DNA of 64,000 bases from Candidatus Omnitrophota bacterium (GTDB taxonomy: Bacteria; Omnitrophota; Gorgyraeia; Zapsychrales; Fredricksoniimonadaceae), in contig JAGWKL010000001.1 in assembly GCA_028865345.1 (NCBI GenBank), positions 157,489-221,488 on the forward strand, read 5' to 3'. Below are positions 1 through 9,334 of this stretch, in pieces. A program made the position numbers and the translations under genes. Position 1 is the stretch's first letter. Every line of letters starts with the position of its first letter. The notes beneath the pieces were generated by a model, which had not been told where the DNA came from, made no database searches, and saw nothing but the letters and a program-made list of their open reading frames with translations.

Positions 1-940
1 GCCAATAGGCCGCCTGGCCCAACCCTAATCCCAACGCGATGATCCCCATATTCTCGACGCTGGAATACGCCAGCATCCTGCTGAAATCCTTCTGCCTTAA
101 TATAAAAACAGCGGCGACACCCAGAGACAGCACGCCCATGACCATGAGGATGGGCTCTATAAAGGAAGAAAGGTCGGCTCTGTTGCATATCTGGACCACT
201 CTTAAGATAGCCAGGATCGGGCATGCTGTCAAGGCGCCGGAAAGCAACCCTCCGATAGGGGCCGGGGACTGGGCATACGCATCAGGCTTCCAGGTATGCA
301 TAGGGGCCAAACCCATCTTGGTCCCGTAGCCGACAAGCAGGAATATAACACTCAACTTCAACCACGACGGCGTCAATACAGATGCGTGATTGAGAAGATC
401 ATTCAAAAACACGGTCTTAAAGTTGCCTGATGAAATAGCCAGCATAATGGTCCCCAAAAGGGCCAAAGCAATTCCTACCGAGCAGATCAAAACATATTTC
501 CAGGCAGCTTCCGTGTTCTGAGGACTGCGCTCAAAACTGATCAAAGGCGCACTCATCAGGGTTGTCGCCTCCAGGGCGACCCACAGCAACCCCATATGGG
601 CACTGACTGAAACCAGCGTCATGCTGGACAGTAAAAGCAGCAAGCATCCTGTAAAAATCCGGTTGCAAGCTCTTTCATTTTTCAAATAGCCCCACAGGTA
701 AACTGATACCGCGGCAAAAAGGATGCTGATGACAGTTAAAATCAGCTTGCCCAAAACATCCAACCCCAAAAATACCGGGCCGCTGCCGTTGTCCGGCATG
801 CCGCCGCTCCACAAGCCCAGCACTGCTGCCAAATGGATCGAGGCAACGCCTATCAGGAGAATCTTTCGAAGGCTGTTCTTAGGCAACACAAAAGCCAGCA
901 AGCCCCCTGAAAACGGCAGTAGGATCAGAAACAAAAGCAT
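1..940 (-). CDS. Hyf/Nuo antiporter-like membrane subunit (HyfF/NuoN/NuoM-like), 3'-partial and running off the window edge; this ORF is not in the supplied ORF track
   Basis: Manual reverse-complement translation from the ATG at 940-938. That ATG lies 2 nt after the TGA of the upstream gene. The frame reads MLLFLILLPFSGGLLAFVLPKNSL... and is polytopic and hydrophobic. It contains GTKMGLAPMHTWKPDAYAQSPAPIGGLLSG, which resembles the W/LPDA motif of NuoL/M/N. It ends ...AYSSVENMGIIALGLGLGQ, mirroring AYHSIENIGIIALGLGIG in the 659-aa neighbour. I saw no in-frame stop down to position 1. Confidence 0.55.
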   Translation of the reverse strand, partial: MLLFLILLPFSGGLLAFVLPKNSLRKILLIGVASIHLAAVLGLWSGGMPDNGSGPVFLGLDVLGKLILTVISILFAAVSVYLWGYLKNERACNRIFTGCLLLLLSSMTLVSVSAHMGLLWVALEATTLMSAPLISFERSPQNTEAAWKYVLICSVGIALALLGTIMLAISSGNFKTVFLNDLLNHASVLTPSWLKLSVIFLLVGYGTKMGLAPMHTWKPDAYAQSPAPIGGLLSGALTACPILAILRVVQICNRADLSSFIEPILMVMGVLSLGVAAVFILRQKDFSRMLAYSSVENMGIIALGLGLGQAAYW

Positions 941-942
941 TA

Positions 943-1581
943 TCAGTCCCTCAACGTTGTTAAATTAAGCGTATTGGTATCTTCGTAATCCTCGGTGATA
1001 TTATTGATCACGATGGACATCACCAGCACCGCCACAAAAATGTCCAATAATATCCCCATTTCGATCAAAAAAGGTGTTTTATCCAACAGCAACATGGAGA
1101 AAAGAAAAATACCATTCTCCATGACCAGATAACCGATGACCTGGGTAATGGCCTTGACCCTGCTGACCAACAGGAGCAATCCAATGGCAAAAATAGAGAA
1201 TGCCGCCGGTATAAATAAACGGGAAAAATACCGGTCAGGCAGCGTCAGCTTGGATGATATATAAAACGCCATCCCCACCAAAATACCGCCTAAAAGCATG
1301 GTCTTGCCGTATCCCAAAATCGTCGGGGCTTCCCGGCGCAGGCGCACGTGGCGGATGGCCCAGAATAAAAAGTTCGGCATCACAAAAACCTTCACGATCA
1401 AAGTCCCAAAGGCAATTGTCAGGACATGCCAATTAAGGCCGGCCCTGTCTACTTGCAAAGGGATGCTGCTTAGAACAAGAGATTGAAAAGCAAAAAGCTG
1501 GATGATGGTCCCTATACGGCTGCTGCCTAAAAGGACGATCCCTGAAAGAATGATGACAATTAAACTGATGTCCAGCCACAT
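943..1581 (-). CDS. small polytopic membrane subunit of a Hyf-type hydrogenase / complex-I-like module (HyfE-like, 212 aa)
   Basis: Fully hydrophobic 212-aa product of about 6 TM helices. Its size and its position between a NuoH-like and a NuoN-like gene match hyfE in the hyfBCDEF order. It is tightly coupled to the flanking genes. Confidence 0.5.
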   Translation of the reverse strand: MWLDISLIVIILSGIVLLGSSRIGTIIQLFAFQSLVLSSIPLQVDRAGLNWHVLTIAFGTLIVKVFVMPNFLFWAIRHVRLRREAPTILGYGKTMLLGGILVGMAFYISSKLTLPDRYFSRLFIPAAFSIFAIGLLLLVSRVKAITQVIGYLVMENGIFLFSMLLLDKTPFLIEMGILLDIFVAVLVMSIVINNITEDYEDTNTLNLTTLRD

Positions 1582-1582
1582 A

Positions 1583-2497
1583 TCAAGCGCCCTTTAATAA
1601 AATAACAATGAAACCCAGCGTGGCTAAAACAAAGGCCCCTATCAACAGATGCGGGACGCGGTTGAGGCGCAGACGTGCCATGACGGACTCAACCACACCG
1701 ATGGTAATACCAAGAACGCCCATCCCACAAAGAAAAAAAGTGACACCCGTCAAAGGAGATAAATGCGCGGGAACGAACAAACTGACCAAAACACTGCCCA
1801 AAACAAAGAGTTTGATATAACTTCCCCAAAGGATGAGCCCCAGATCATAGCCGCTGTGATCCAGGACCATGACTTCATGGATCATGGTCAATTCCAGATG
1901 GGTATTGGGGTCGTCGATCGGTATACGGGAATTCTCGACCAGCATGACCAGAAAGAAACTGACGGCGACCAGCACCAGCACCGGGCCCATGGAGAGCCAG
2001 GAAGAGAAAAATCCGGTATTCAGCATGTTGCATAAAACCAGGCTCTTGGAAACCATAACCAGCAGGATAAAATCCATGAAAAGGACAATTTCCGACAAGC
2101 AGGAAAAAGCCGCCTCACGGCTGGCGCCCATGCCCTCAAAACTTGATCCTGTATCCAGCGCTCCGATGATCAAAAAAAACCGCATCAATCCATAAAGGTA
2201 AATAAAAAGAAGCGCATCCCCCCAGAAATAAACAGGCGGAGCGATGCTGCCCCAAGGGACAAAAATACAGGAAGCCAGGGCTGTGGCCATAACTACCACA
2301 GGGGTAAGTTTAAAGACCCAGGACGTGGTCGTACTATAAACAACCCCCTTGCGAAAAAGTTTCGCAATATCGTACCATGGCTGCAACAGGGGCGGCCCCC
2401 ACCTGCCGGCAAAAAACGCCTTGGTTTTTCCGATCACTCCTAACAATAACGGAGAAAGGGCCAAAACAAATAATATATGGGAAAAAATGGGGAGCAT
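1583..2497 (-). CDS. NuoH/HyfC/HycD/EchB-family membrane subunit (304 aa)
   Basis: Size and hydrophobicity profile of respiratory complex-I subunit 1 / formate-hydrogenlyase subunit 4. The N-terminus MLPIFSHILFVLALSPLLLGVIGKTKAFFAGRWGPPLLQPWYD is typical. There is a 1-nt gap to the next gene. Confidence 0.7.
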   Translation of the reverse strand: MLPIFSHILFVLALSPLLLGVIGKTKAFFAGRWGPPLLQPWYDIAKLFRKGVVYSTTTSWVFKLTPVVVMATALASCIFVPWGSIAPPVYFWGDALLFIYLYGLMRFFLIIGALDTGSSFEGMGASREAAFSCLSEIVLFMDFILLVMVSKSLVLCNMLNTGFFSSWLSMGPVLVLVAVSFFLVMLVENSRIPIDDPNTHLELTMIHEVMVLDHSGYDLGLILWGSYIKLFVLGSVLVSLFVPAHLSPLTGVTFFLCGMGVLGITIGVVESVMARLRLNRVPHLLIGAFVLATLGFIVILLKGA

Positions 2498-2503
2498 GTC
2501 TTT

Positions 2504-4483
2504 TTAGGTCACCTTCCAGATCAAAATGAGAAACAGAAAAATAAAAATATAAAGCACATATATCTGTGCATAGCCGCACTGGATGCTTTTCATCCGGCCG
2601 CAAACTTCCTGCATCAGACGGTATATCCTGCGCCAAAAAAAATGTTCCGAGGCATCTATGACCTCCGAGGCCACAAGCACCTTTTCAGGAAAAATTTGTT
2701 GGGGGCGTGCCTTCGCGCGGCGCAAACACAGGACCTCGCGGAAGAGTTCCACGATGGGGCTGGCAAATGAAGAGGCCGTATATTGCATACGCGGCGAGGC
2801 GGCGGCATAGCCGCACCCCCATGTCCCGGATTTTGCCACTGACATATTTTTCATGGCCATCCTTCTAAATAAAACCAGAAAAATGGATATCCCGATAAGC
2901 ACAAACAAACTGAGGACCATCCATTGAACGGGACGTAAAATATTTGCCATGTCCGCGGTATTGGTTGCTGTCGGCAAAATACGCATGGCCCCTTGCAGGC
3001 AAAAAGACACCATCGTCTGGGGAAAAATCCCGATCCAAACGCAAACGCCGGCGAGAACGGCCATAGGGGCAATCATTGGGGCGGAATTCTCTTTCAAATC
3101 CGCCGCATGCTGTGACCTTGCCTGCCCCAAAAAGACCGTGCCGAAAGCTTTGGTAAAACACATGAGCGCCAGTCCCCCGATGAGCGCCAGGGCGATGATC
3201 GCAAGCCCTATTAAAATGACCGGCTCCATCGGAAAGCTGAAAACACCTTCAAAAAGGGCCCGGTATACCAGCCATTCGCTGATAAAACCATTGAAAAGAG
3301 GCAGGCCGCATATCGCCAAAGACCCTATTAAGAACAGCGCACCGGTCCAGGGCAGATACTTTAACAACCCGCCCAAATGGTCAATTTCTCCGGTATGCGT
3401 CTGCCGGATGACAGAGCCGGCGCTTAAAAAAAGCAGTCCTTTAAACATGGCGTGATTAAAAACATGTAAAAGGGCCCCGGCATAACCGATGACGGCGATG
3501 GTATGGTATTGGTTCAATTGCCCCCAAAGACCTATCCCCAACCCCAGGGCGATGATCCCGATATTTTCAATGCTGTGGTAGGCCAATAATTTCTTGATTT
3601 CGTGCTGGCCCAGGGCGTACAAAACACCCCCGACACCGGAGACGATGCCGATGGCCGTGAGCACCGCCGGACACCATGGGGGGAAATGCTTGACCATCAT
3701 GATCAAGCGGATGATGCCATAAATACCCATCTTGATCATCACCCCTGAAAGGACAGCGGAGACATGGCTGGGCGCCGCCGGATGGGCATGCGGCAGCCAG
3801 ATATGCAGGGGAATAAACCCGGCCTTGACCCCGAAACCGATCGTCCCTAAAACAAAAACAACGCCTGCCAGCATCAAGGGGAATTGGGCCGCTGACATCC
3901 GGCCAAAATCCATGGACCCGGCCTGGGTCCCCAAAAGAATGAACATCACCCATAAACACAATGTCCCTATATGGGCGGCGATCAAATAAAGCAACCCCGC
4001 TTGCCTTACCTCTTCATTGCCGTCATGATAAGTGATAAGGAAATATGAGGAAACCGACATGCCTTCCCATGCCAGTAAAAAAAGGACGGCGTTCCGGGCG
4101 GTGACGACCAGCATGAGGGACATCAAAAAAACAAGATACAAACAAAAATGGCCGGCAATGTCCTGTTGATGTTCCCCATTCCTTAAATAGCCGATTCCAT
4201 AAACTCCCGCCAGAAAACACAGCAGTGTGACGGCCAGCAAAAATAAGGCGCTGACAAAATCGATGCCGATTGTAACCTCTCCCCAGGGCAATGACCAAGG
4301 CAGCCGGTCGACAAAACTTTCCTGCCTGATGAGGGTATCCACCGCACTGATAAAAGCAGATCCGCAACCCAACGTCAAAAATACAAGAAATACATTTTCT
4401 GCCCAACGTGGCTTATGCCTTAATAAAGCAAGACAGAGAATGCCTGCGGATAAAAGGGCCAAACTGACGGAAAAAAGGATCAT
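2504..4483 (-). CDS. NuoL/HyfB/MrpA-family proton-translocating membrane subunit (659 aa)
   Basis: Large polytopic protein with the antiporter-like core, including ...FIPLHIWLPHAHPAAPSHVSAVLSGVMIKMGIYG... and AYHSIENIGIIALGLG. Its start overlaps the upstream gene in an ATGA arrangement. Confidence 0.7.
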   Translation of the reverse strand: MILFSVSLALLSAGILCLALLRHKPRWAENVFLVFLTLGCGSAFISAVDTLIRQESFVDRLPWSLPWGEVTIGIDFVSALFLLAVTLLCFLAGVYGIGYLRNGEHQQDIAGHFCLYLVFLMSLMLVVTARNAVLFLLAWEGMSVSSYFLITYHDGNEEVRQAGLLYLIAAHIGTLCLWVMFILLGTQAGSMDFGRMSAAQFPLMLAGVVFVLGTIGFGVKAGFIPLHIWLPHAHPAAPSHVSAVLSGVMIKMGIYGIIRLIMMVKHFPPWCPAVLTAIGIVSGVGGVLYALGQHEIKKLLAYHSIENIGIIALGLGIGLWGQLNQYHTIAVIGYAGALLHVFNHAMFKGLLFLSAGSVIRQTHTGEIDHLGGLLKYLPWTGALFLIGSLAICGLPLFNGFISEWLVYRALFEGVFSFPMEPVILIGLAIIALALIGGLALMCFTKAFGTVFLGQARSQHAADLKENSAPMIAPMAVLAGVCVWIGIFPQTMVSFCLQGAMRILPTATNTADMANILRPVQWMVLSLFVLIGISIFLVLFRRMAMKNMSVAKSGTWGCGYAAASPRMQYTASSFASPIVELFREVLCLRRAKARPQQIFPEKVLVASEVIDASEHFFWRRIYRLMQEVCGRMKSIQCGYAQIYVLYIFIFLFLILIWKVT

Positions 4484-5181
4484 GAACTGCTCTTCTCCTT
4501 GGGCCTGTCAGCTAACTTGGACTCCAGGATCCTGATTTCCCCCAATATCTGTTCCGGCGTAGATTTTTGCTGGAGGGATTGCCGCAAAGAACTGTTTTGT
4601 AAACAAAACGCCAGCCTGGCCAGAAGGGAAAGATGCTCTTTGACCGACGAGCTTAACAGCCCGAAAACTATCGAAACCGGATTCCCGTCCAGCGCCTTGA
4701 AATCAACCGGCCCCTTAAGGAAACACAGGGCGACCGCAGACTCCTGGACCTGTACGACCACGGGATTGCGCACATGCGGGATGGCGATCCCGCCGCCGAT
4801 GGCAGTAGACATCAATTCTTCGCGTCGCAACAACAGGCCGCACATCTCTTCCTTATTGATCTTGGCCGGCATAGGAAGGCGGTCCACCAAAGCCTGCAGC
4901 GCCTCTGTCCTGTTGGCGCCGGGAACATCATAGTGAATGCCTCCGTTCTTCAACGCATGATACAAGGTGCCGGGATGGCCGTTCTCTTTTTCCCCCAAAG
5001 CCAATATCTCAGCCGTCAGGTTGATTTTGTGGCCCAAGGTCCATTCCAGAAGTTCTATATAATTAAAATGGTATTGCCCATTAACCTTAACGCAGGGCAT
5101 TTTGTCCCTGGCAATCCATCGGTGGATGGTCGGCTCGGAGACATGAAGGATCTCCACGATATCACGCAGCGATATTTGCAT
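4480..5181 (-). CDS. fusion of an excisionase/MerR-like HTH DNA-binding domain with a PTS EIIA type-2 (PtsN / EIIA-Ntr-like) domain
   Basis: The N-terminus MQISLRDIVEILHVSEPTIHRWIARDKMPCVKVNGQYHF is an HTH_17-type motif. The C-terminal domain carries the EIIA-2 phospho-histidine signature GGGIAIPHVRN. An AGGAAG SD sits 5 nt upstream. The stop overlaps the start of the hyfB-like gene. Confidence 0.7.
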   Translation of the reverse strand: MQISLRDIVEILHVSEPTIHRWIARDKMPCVKVNGQYHFNYIELLEWTLGHKINLTAEILALGEKENGHPGTLYHALKNGGIHYDVPGANRTEALQALVDRLPMPAKINKEEMCGLLLRREELMSTAIGGGIAIPHVRNPVVVQVQESAVALCFLKGPVDFKALDGNPVSIVFGLLSSSVKEHLSLLARLAFCLQNSSLRQSLQQKSTPEQILGEIRILESKLADRPKEKSSS

Positions 5182-5377
5182 ATTTCTTCCTAAATGTTGG
5201 ATGGGTTGGTTGTCTTCTGGCCGGCTAAAGGTAGGCAGATGCGGTCATTACTTTGTGTTCCTCAATTCTATATTCCCCTATATGCGAATATAAGCATATA
5301 TTAACTCGCTTTGGGGACCCTGTCAAGAAAATGGAGGGCCATTGCCTGCCCCAGATTCGGGAGCGAAGCGCCCTTTT

Positions 5378-5704
5378 TTACTCTTTCCCGAGGGTCTTGA
5401 GCATTTTTTCTGAAGCCTTGAATTTTTTGCGCAGCATCACGGCGATGGGGCGTAAAACGTTGAAAATATCATGGTCCGCGATATCGTAGTAAACCGTGGT
5501 CTTTTCCTGGCGGGAGGTCAAAATCCCCGCATGGCGCAGGGCCAAAAGATGGCGGGAGGTGCTCGACTGGCCTATCTTGAATTTGCCGACAAGATCCCCG
5601 ACGCTCTTTTCCCCTGTTTTAAGCTCTTCGATCAGCTTCAGGCGGACCGGATGCCCCAACACTTTCAGGAAATCCGCCTTGATCTTATACACCATGTCCT
5701 GCAT
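5378..5704 (-). CDS. ArsR/SmtB-family transcriptional regulator
   Basis: 108 aa with the HTH region VGDLVGKFKIGQSSTSRHLLALRHAGIL, which is typical of ArsR. The start overlaps the 3' end of glgB by about 20 nt. Confidence 0.8.
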   Translation of the reverse strand: MQDMVYKIKADFLKVLGHPVRLKLIEELKTGEKSVGDLVGKFKIGQSSTSRHLLALRHAGILTSRQEKTTVYYDIADHDIFNVLRPIAVMLRKKFKASEKMLKTLGKE

Positions 5705-7679
5705 CGGGATCTTCTTTCACAGGTTCTTGAAGAAGCTGCAAAGCTTGTGCAGGGTCCGGATCGGGCACCGCAGGGCCTTTTAAAAATAAAACGCCCAAAG
5801 GCGGGATCGTCAACGGCAGCGAAAATGGCTTGCCGTGCATGGGTTTTTTCTGGGCATCGACACCGCCGCCGTTACCCTGGCCGCTGCCGCCGTAAGGCTT
5901 GGCATCCGAGTTCAACACTTCCAGCCAATGCCCTGCCTGCGGCACGCCGATACTGTAATTTTTAAGCGTCTGGGGCGTAAAATTGCATACGGCGAGGATG
6001 CGGGATTTTCCGTCGGCGGACTTGCGGATAAAACTGATGATGCTGTTATTGTAATCGCTGAAATCGACGTATTCAAACCCTTCCGGAGAAAAGTCCCTTT
6101 CATACAAGGCCGGCTCCTGACGGTAAAAACGGTTCAGGTCCTTGACCCATTGCTGGATGCCCTGGTGCGGGGCGTATTGAAGCAGGTGCCATTCAATGCT
6201 GTGCTCATATCTCCATTCAGCCCATTGGGCGAATTCCGATCCCATAAAATGGAGTTTCTTGCCCGGGTGCGCGAACATATACCCGAAAAGCAGGCGCAGG
6301 TTGGCCAATTTCTGCCACTGGTCCCCGGGCATTTTACCCGCCAAAGCTCCTTTGCCATGGGTGACCTCATCGTGAGAAAGGGACAGCAAAAAATTCTCGG
6401 AAAAAGCGTATAAAAATGAAAACGTCAAATCATTATGATGGTATTTGCGGTAAATGGGGTCCTTGCACATGTACACCAAGGTGTCGTGCATCCAACCCAT
6501 GTTCCATTTCATACCGAAGCCTAAACCCCCCACGAAGGTGGGGCGCGACACCCCGCCCCAGGCCGTCGACTCCTCTGCGATCATCTGCGTGTCGGGGAAA
6601 TTACCGTAGATCATTTCATTGAGCCTGCGCAGGAAAAAAATGGCTTCCAGGTTCTCCCGGCCGCCGTACTCATTGGGCACCCAGGCGTTCCCCCGGGAAT
6701 AATCCAGATATAACATGGAAGCAACGCCGTCGACACGCAAGCCGTCCGCGTGGTACTTGTCCATCCAGATCATGGCTGAAGAAATCAAAAATTCCCTGAC
6801 CTCATTGCGGCCGTAATTAAAAATCGCACTTTTCCAGTCGGGATGATAGCCTTTCCTGGTATCCGCATGCTCATACAGGTGCGTGCCGTCAAAATAGACC
6901 AGCCCATGCTCGTCGGTGGGGAAATGCGACGGCACCCAGTCCAGGATGACGCCAATACCCCGCTGGTGAAGGCAGTCCACCAGGTACATGAAATCCTGCG
7001 GCGTGCCGAAACGGCTGGTGGGGGAGAAATAGCCCAGGGTCTGGTATCCCCAGGAGCCGTCAAAAGGATGTTCCATGACCGGACAAAACTCGACATGGGT
7101 ATAGCCCATGTATTCCAAATAATCAGGCAGCTGTGCTGCCATCTCCCTGTAGGTCAACGGGCGCAGATTTTCTTCCACCACCCTTTTCCAGGAAGCCATA
7201 TGCAGCTCATAAATGGACATCGGCGCTTCCAAACTGTTCTGGCGATGCCGCTCTTTCATCCATTGCGTGTCCTTCCATTCATAATCATGGTCCCAGACAA
7301 TGGAGCCGAAATGGGGGGCCACTTCATTATAAAAAGCAAAAGGATCCGATTTTTCCACCTGATAATTCCGGGCATTGGAGACGATAAAATATTTATAGAC
7401 CTCGCCGCGGGCCAAGCCCGGAATGAAGCCTTCCCAAATGCCTGAAGAATCCAAACGGCGTTTTAAAGGGTGCGTGTGCCGTTGCCACTGGTTAAAATTG
7501 CCGACCACGGAGACGCTTTTAGCATTAGGCGCCCACACGGCAAAGTGCACGCCGGTCTTGCCGTCGACAACCGCAAGGTGCGCTCCTAACTTGTCGTAAA
7601 GCCTGAAATGGTTGCCTTCTTTAAATAAATAAACGTCGTGGTCCGTAATGAAAGATTCCGTCAATGGCTCTGTTTCCAT
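5685..7679 (-). CDS. glgB: 1,4-alpha-glucan branching enzyme (GH13)
   Basis: 664 aa with an N-terminal CBM48-like region (VHFAVWAPNAKSVSVVGNFNQW). It has GH13 catalytic motifs (GIGVILDWVPSHF, HADGLRVDGVASMLYLDY, EESTAWGGV, FMGSEFAQ). Confidence 0.9.
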   Translation of the reverse strand: METEPLTESFITDHDVYLFKEGNHFRLYDKLGAHLAVVDGKTGVHFAVWAPNAKSVSVVGNFNQWQRHTHPLKRRLDSSGIWEGFIPGLARGEVYKYFIVSNARNYQVEKSDPFAFYNEVAPHFGSIVWDHDYEWKDTQWMKERHRQNSLEAPMSIYELHMASWKRVVEENLRPLTYREMAAQLPDYLEYMGYTHVEFCPVMEHPFDGSWGYQTLGYFSPTSRFGTPQDFMYLVDCLHQRGIGVILDWVPSHFPTDEHGLVYFDGTHLYEHADTRKGYHPDWKSAIFNYGRNEVREFLISSAMIWMDKYHADGLRVDGVASMLYLDYSRGNAWVPNEYGGRENLEAIFFLRRLNEMIYGNFPDTQMIAEESTAWGGVSRPTFVGGLGFGMKWNMGWMHDTLVYMCKDPIYRKYHHNDLTFSFLYAFSENFLLSLSHDEVTHGKGALAGKMPGDQWQKLANLRLLFGYMFAHPGKKLHFMGSEFAQWAEWRYEHSIEWHLLQYAPHQGIQQWVKDLNRFYRQEPALYERDFSPEGFEYVDFSDYNNSIISFIRKSADGKSRILAVCNFTPQTLKNYSIGVPQAGHWLEVLNSDAKPYGGSGQGNGGGVDAQKKPMHGKPFSLPLTIPPLGVLFLKGPAVPDPDPAQALQLLQEPVKEDPDAGHGV

Positions 7680-9331
7680 ATTTCTCCGTATTGTTTAATC
7701 CAGTCTTCCTTGGCCCATTCATAACCCACATCACGGCCGGCTTTCTCGCTTTCATACCATTTGTGTTTTTCGATTTCCTGAACGACTTGAGGATCGTTGC
7801 ACAGGTCCTTGCTCAAACGATTTTGTGCCTGCGGCGCCATCGCGGGCTCTTTTTTACGCTCGAATGAAGACACATGCGGCTGAGAAGAGGTAAACGTTTT
7901 TCCTTTTCCAATGATCTCCATGCCCCGGCGGCAGAGCTCCTTGGCATAATCCGTCCATATCCCCTGGCCCCAATAACGGAAACAGCTCGTTTGGGACAAC
8001 AGAACATACAACAAGGCTTCTCGATAGGCCCTTGAATTTTTGTCGGCATCTTTTTGGTCGAACTTTTCATGGAACGCCGCGCTTAAATGGTTGATGGGAT
8101 CAAGCACGTCACTGTAGCCCTTGACCCAATTACGGTCATTGGTCCATGAGCCTTTATCAAGGTTGAACGAATGGTCTTGGGCCTGGAGTTGCGTGATGGC
8201 TTTATTGACAGCCTCCGGCTCGAATTTCTTGATCTTCTCCCAAATGCGGTGCTGGGAAATAGGCTGCAGGGGCGCATAGGCGCCGGGATTTAACCCCGAA
8301 TCCTCCAGAAATTCCAGGTATTCCGACCCGTTCAAAGCGACCGTGCCCTCTGTGGAAAGGCCCTGGATGCACTGCATGTACATGGGCGGAAACTCATTCA
8401 TCATGACCCCGCCGTTCTCACCGTCACCGATCTGGACGACAAAAGGCGGGACTTCTTTACCGCAATACTCCCGTCTGGACAATCCCCGCGCCTCAGGCAA
8501 CGGTTGCATCTGGGCCACCAGCTTGGTGTCGGAGCCCTGCGTCTTGATAAGACAGGTGATTTCCTGGGTCTCTCCCATCGAATTCTTGGCAACCAGTTTA
8601 TGCGGCAGATGAGGATTGCTGATCCCGCGGCCGTTGAGGTCTTCGACGGTGTGCTCCTGCACCATGAGCCACTCGTACCCGCACTCTTTCAAAGCTTTGA
8701 CATACTCATAGCAGACATCCGGATGGATGGGCAAATGCATCTCAGGCGCGGAAAATCCTTTGATGCGCTCTTCGGCTTCCTTGCCGAAAATGGAGGCAAA
8801 ATGCCGGCGGAAAGCCATCATATGCAGTTTGATGTCCGGTACCGGCGTCGAAGTGACGACGGAATGCGACCACATGGTCCCCATCCATTCCACATAAGGC
8901 CAATAGGTCTTGTCGCAAGTAATCCTCTTTAAATTCTCCAGTGCTTGGCCTCCATTGATCTGCCGCAGCCCCCAGAGCAGGTTGCCGGAATAATCCAGCA
9001 TGATACGGGGACTTTTGCCTGCGGCCACCAACTCCGGTATAAACCGGGACATGCGCTGATAACAGTCAAAAAACACGCCGGCATTATAATTGTCGCCGAT
9101 CCCCTGGTTCTCAAACATGTACTGAAGATTGGAAATCAGGCCGGCACGGTACAGGTCCCCTCCGCCCGCCGGAATCGTCGGCTGGTGCATATGTAAGGCG
9201 ATGCCGAACGCAGACCTGACTTTCTTAAAATCAATATTGGAACAGTTGCTGTACAGTTTTCTTTTTTTAGGAAGGACCGCTGCGCCGGTCTGAGAAAAAA
9301 TATTAGGTAAATTGTCGATGATGTCGTTCAT
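7661..9331 (-). CDS. GH57-family alpha-glucan-active enzyme (amylase / 4-alpha-glucanotransferase-like)
   Basis: 556 aa. The N-terminal GH57 signature HMHQP (...FGIALHMHQPTIPAGG...) is present. Its size and context are consistent with the GH57 family. Confidence 0.7.
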   Translation of the reverse strand: MNDIIDNLPNIFSQTGAAVLPKKRKLYSNCSNIDFKKVRSAFGIALHMHQPTIPAGGGDLYRAGLISNLQYMFENQGIGDNYNAGVFFDCYQRMSRFIPELVAAGKSPRIMLDYSGNLLWGLRQINGGQALENLKRITCDKTYWPYVEWMGTMWSHSVVTSTPVPDIKLHMMAFRRHFASIFGKEAEERIKGFSAPEMHLPIHPDVCYEYVKALKECGYEWLMVQEHTVEDLNGRGISNPHLPHKLVAKNSMGETQEITCLIKTQGSDTKLVAQMQPLPEARGLSRREYCGKEVPPFVVQIGDGENGGVMMNEFPPMYMQCIQGLSTEGTVALNGSEYLEFLEDSGLNPGAYAPLQPISQHRIWEKIKKFEPEAVNKAITQLQAQDHSFNLDKGSWTNDRNWVKGYSDVLDPINHLSAAFHEKFDQKDADKNSRAYREALLYVLLSQTSCFRYWGQGIWTDYAKELCRRGMEIIGKGKTFTSSQPHVSSFERKKEPAMAPQAQNRLSKDLCNDPQVVQEIEKHKWYESEKAGRDVGYEWAKEDWIKQYGEIWKQSH

Positions 9332-9334
9332 CGT

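Noticed and set aside
5340-5372. GGGAGCGAAGCGCCC + T6 hairpin-like element after arsR
   Set aside because: The stem is only 3+2 bp with a bulge. The T-run is on the plus strand where no upstream gene exists, and on the minus strand the run precedes the stem. It is not a convincing terminator.
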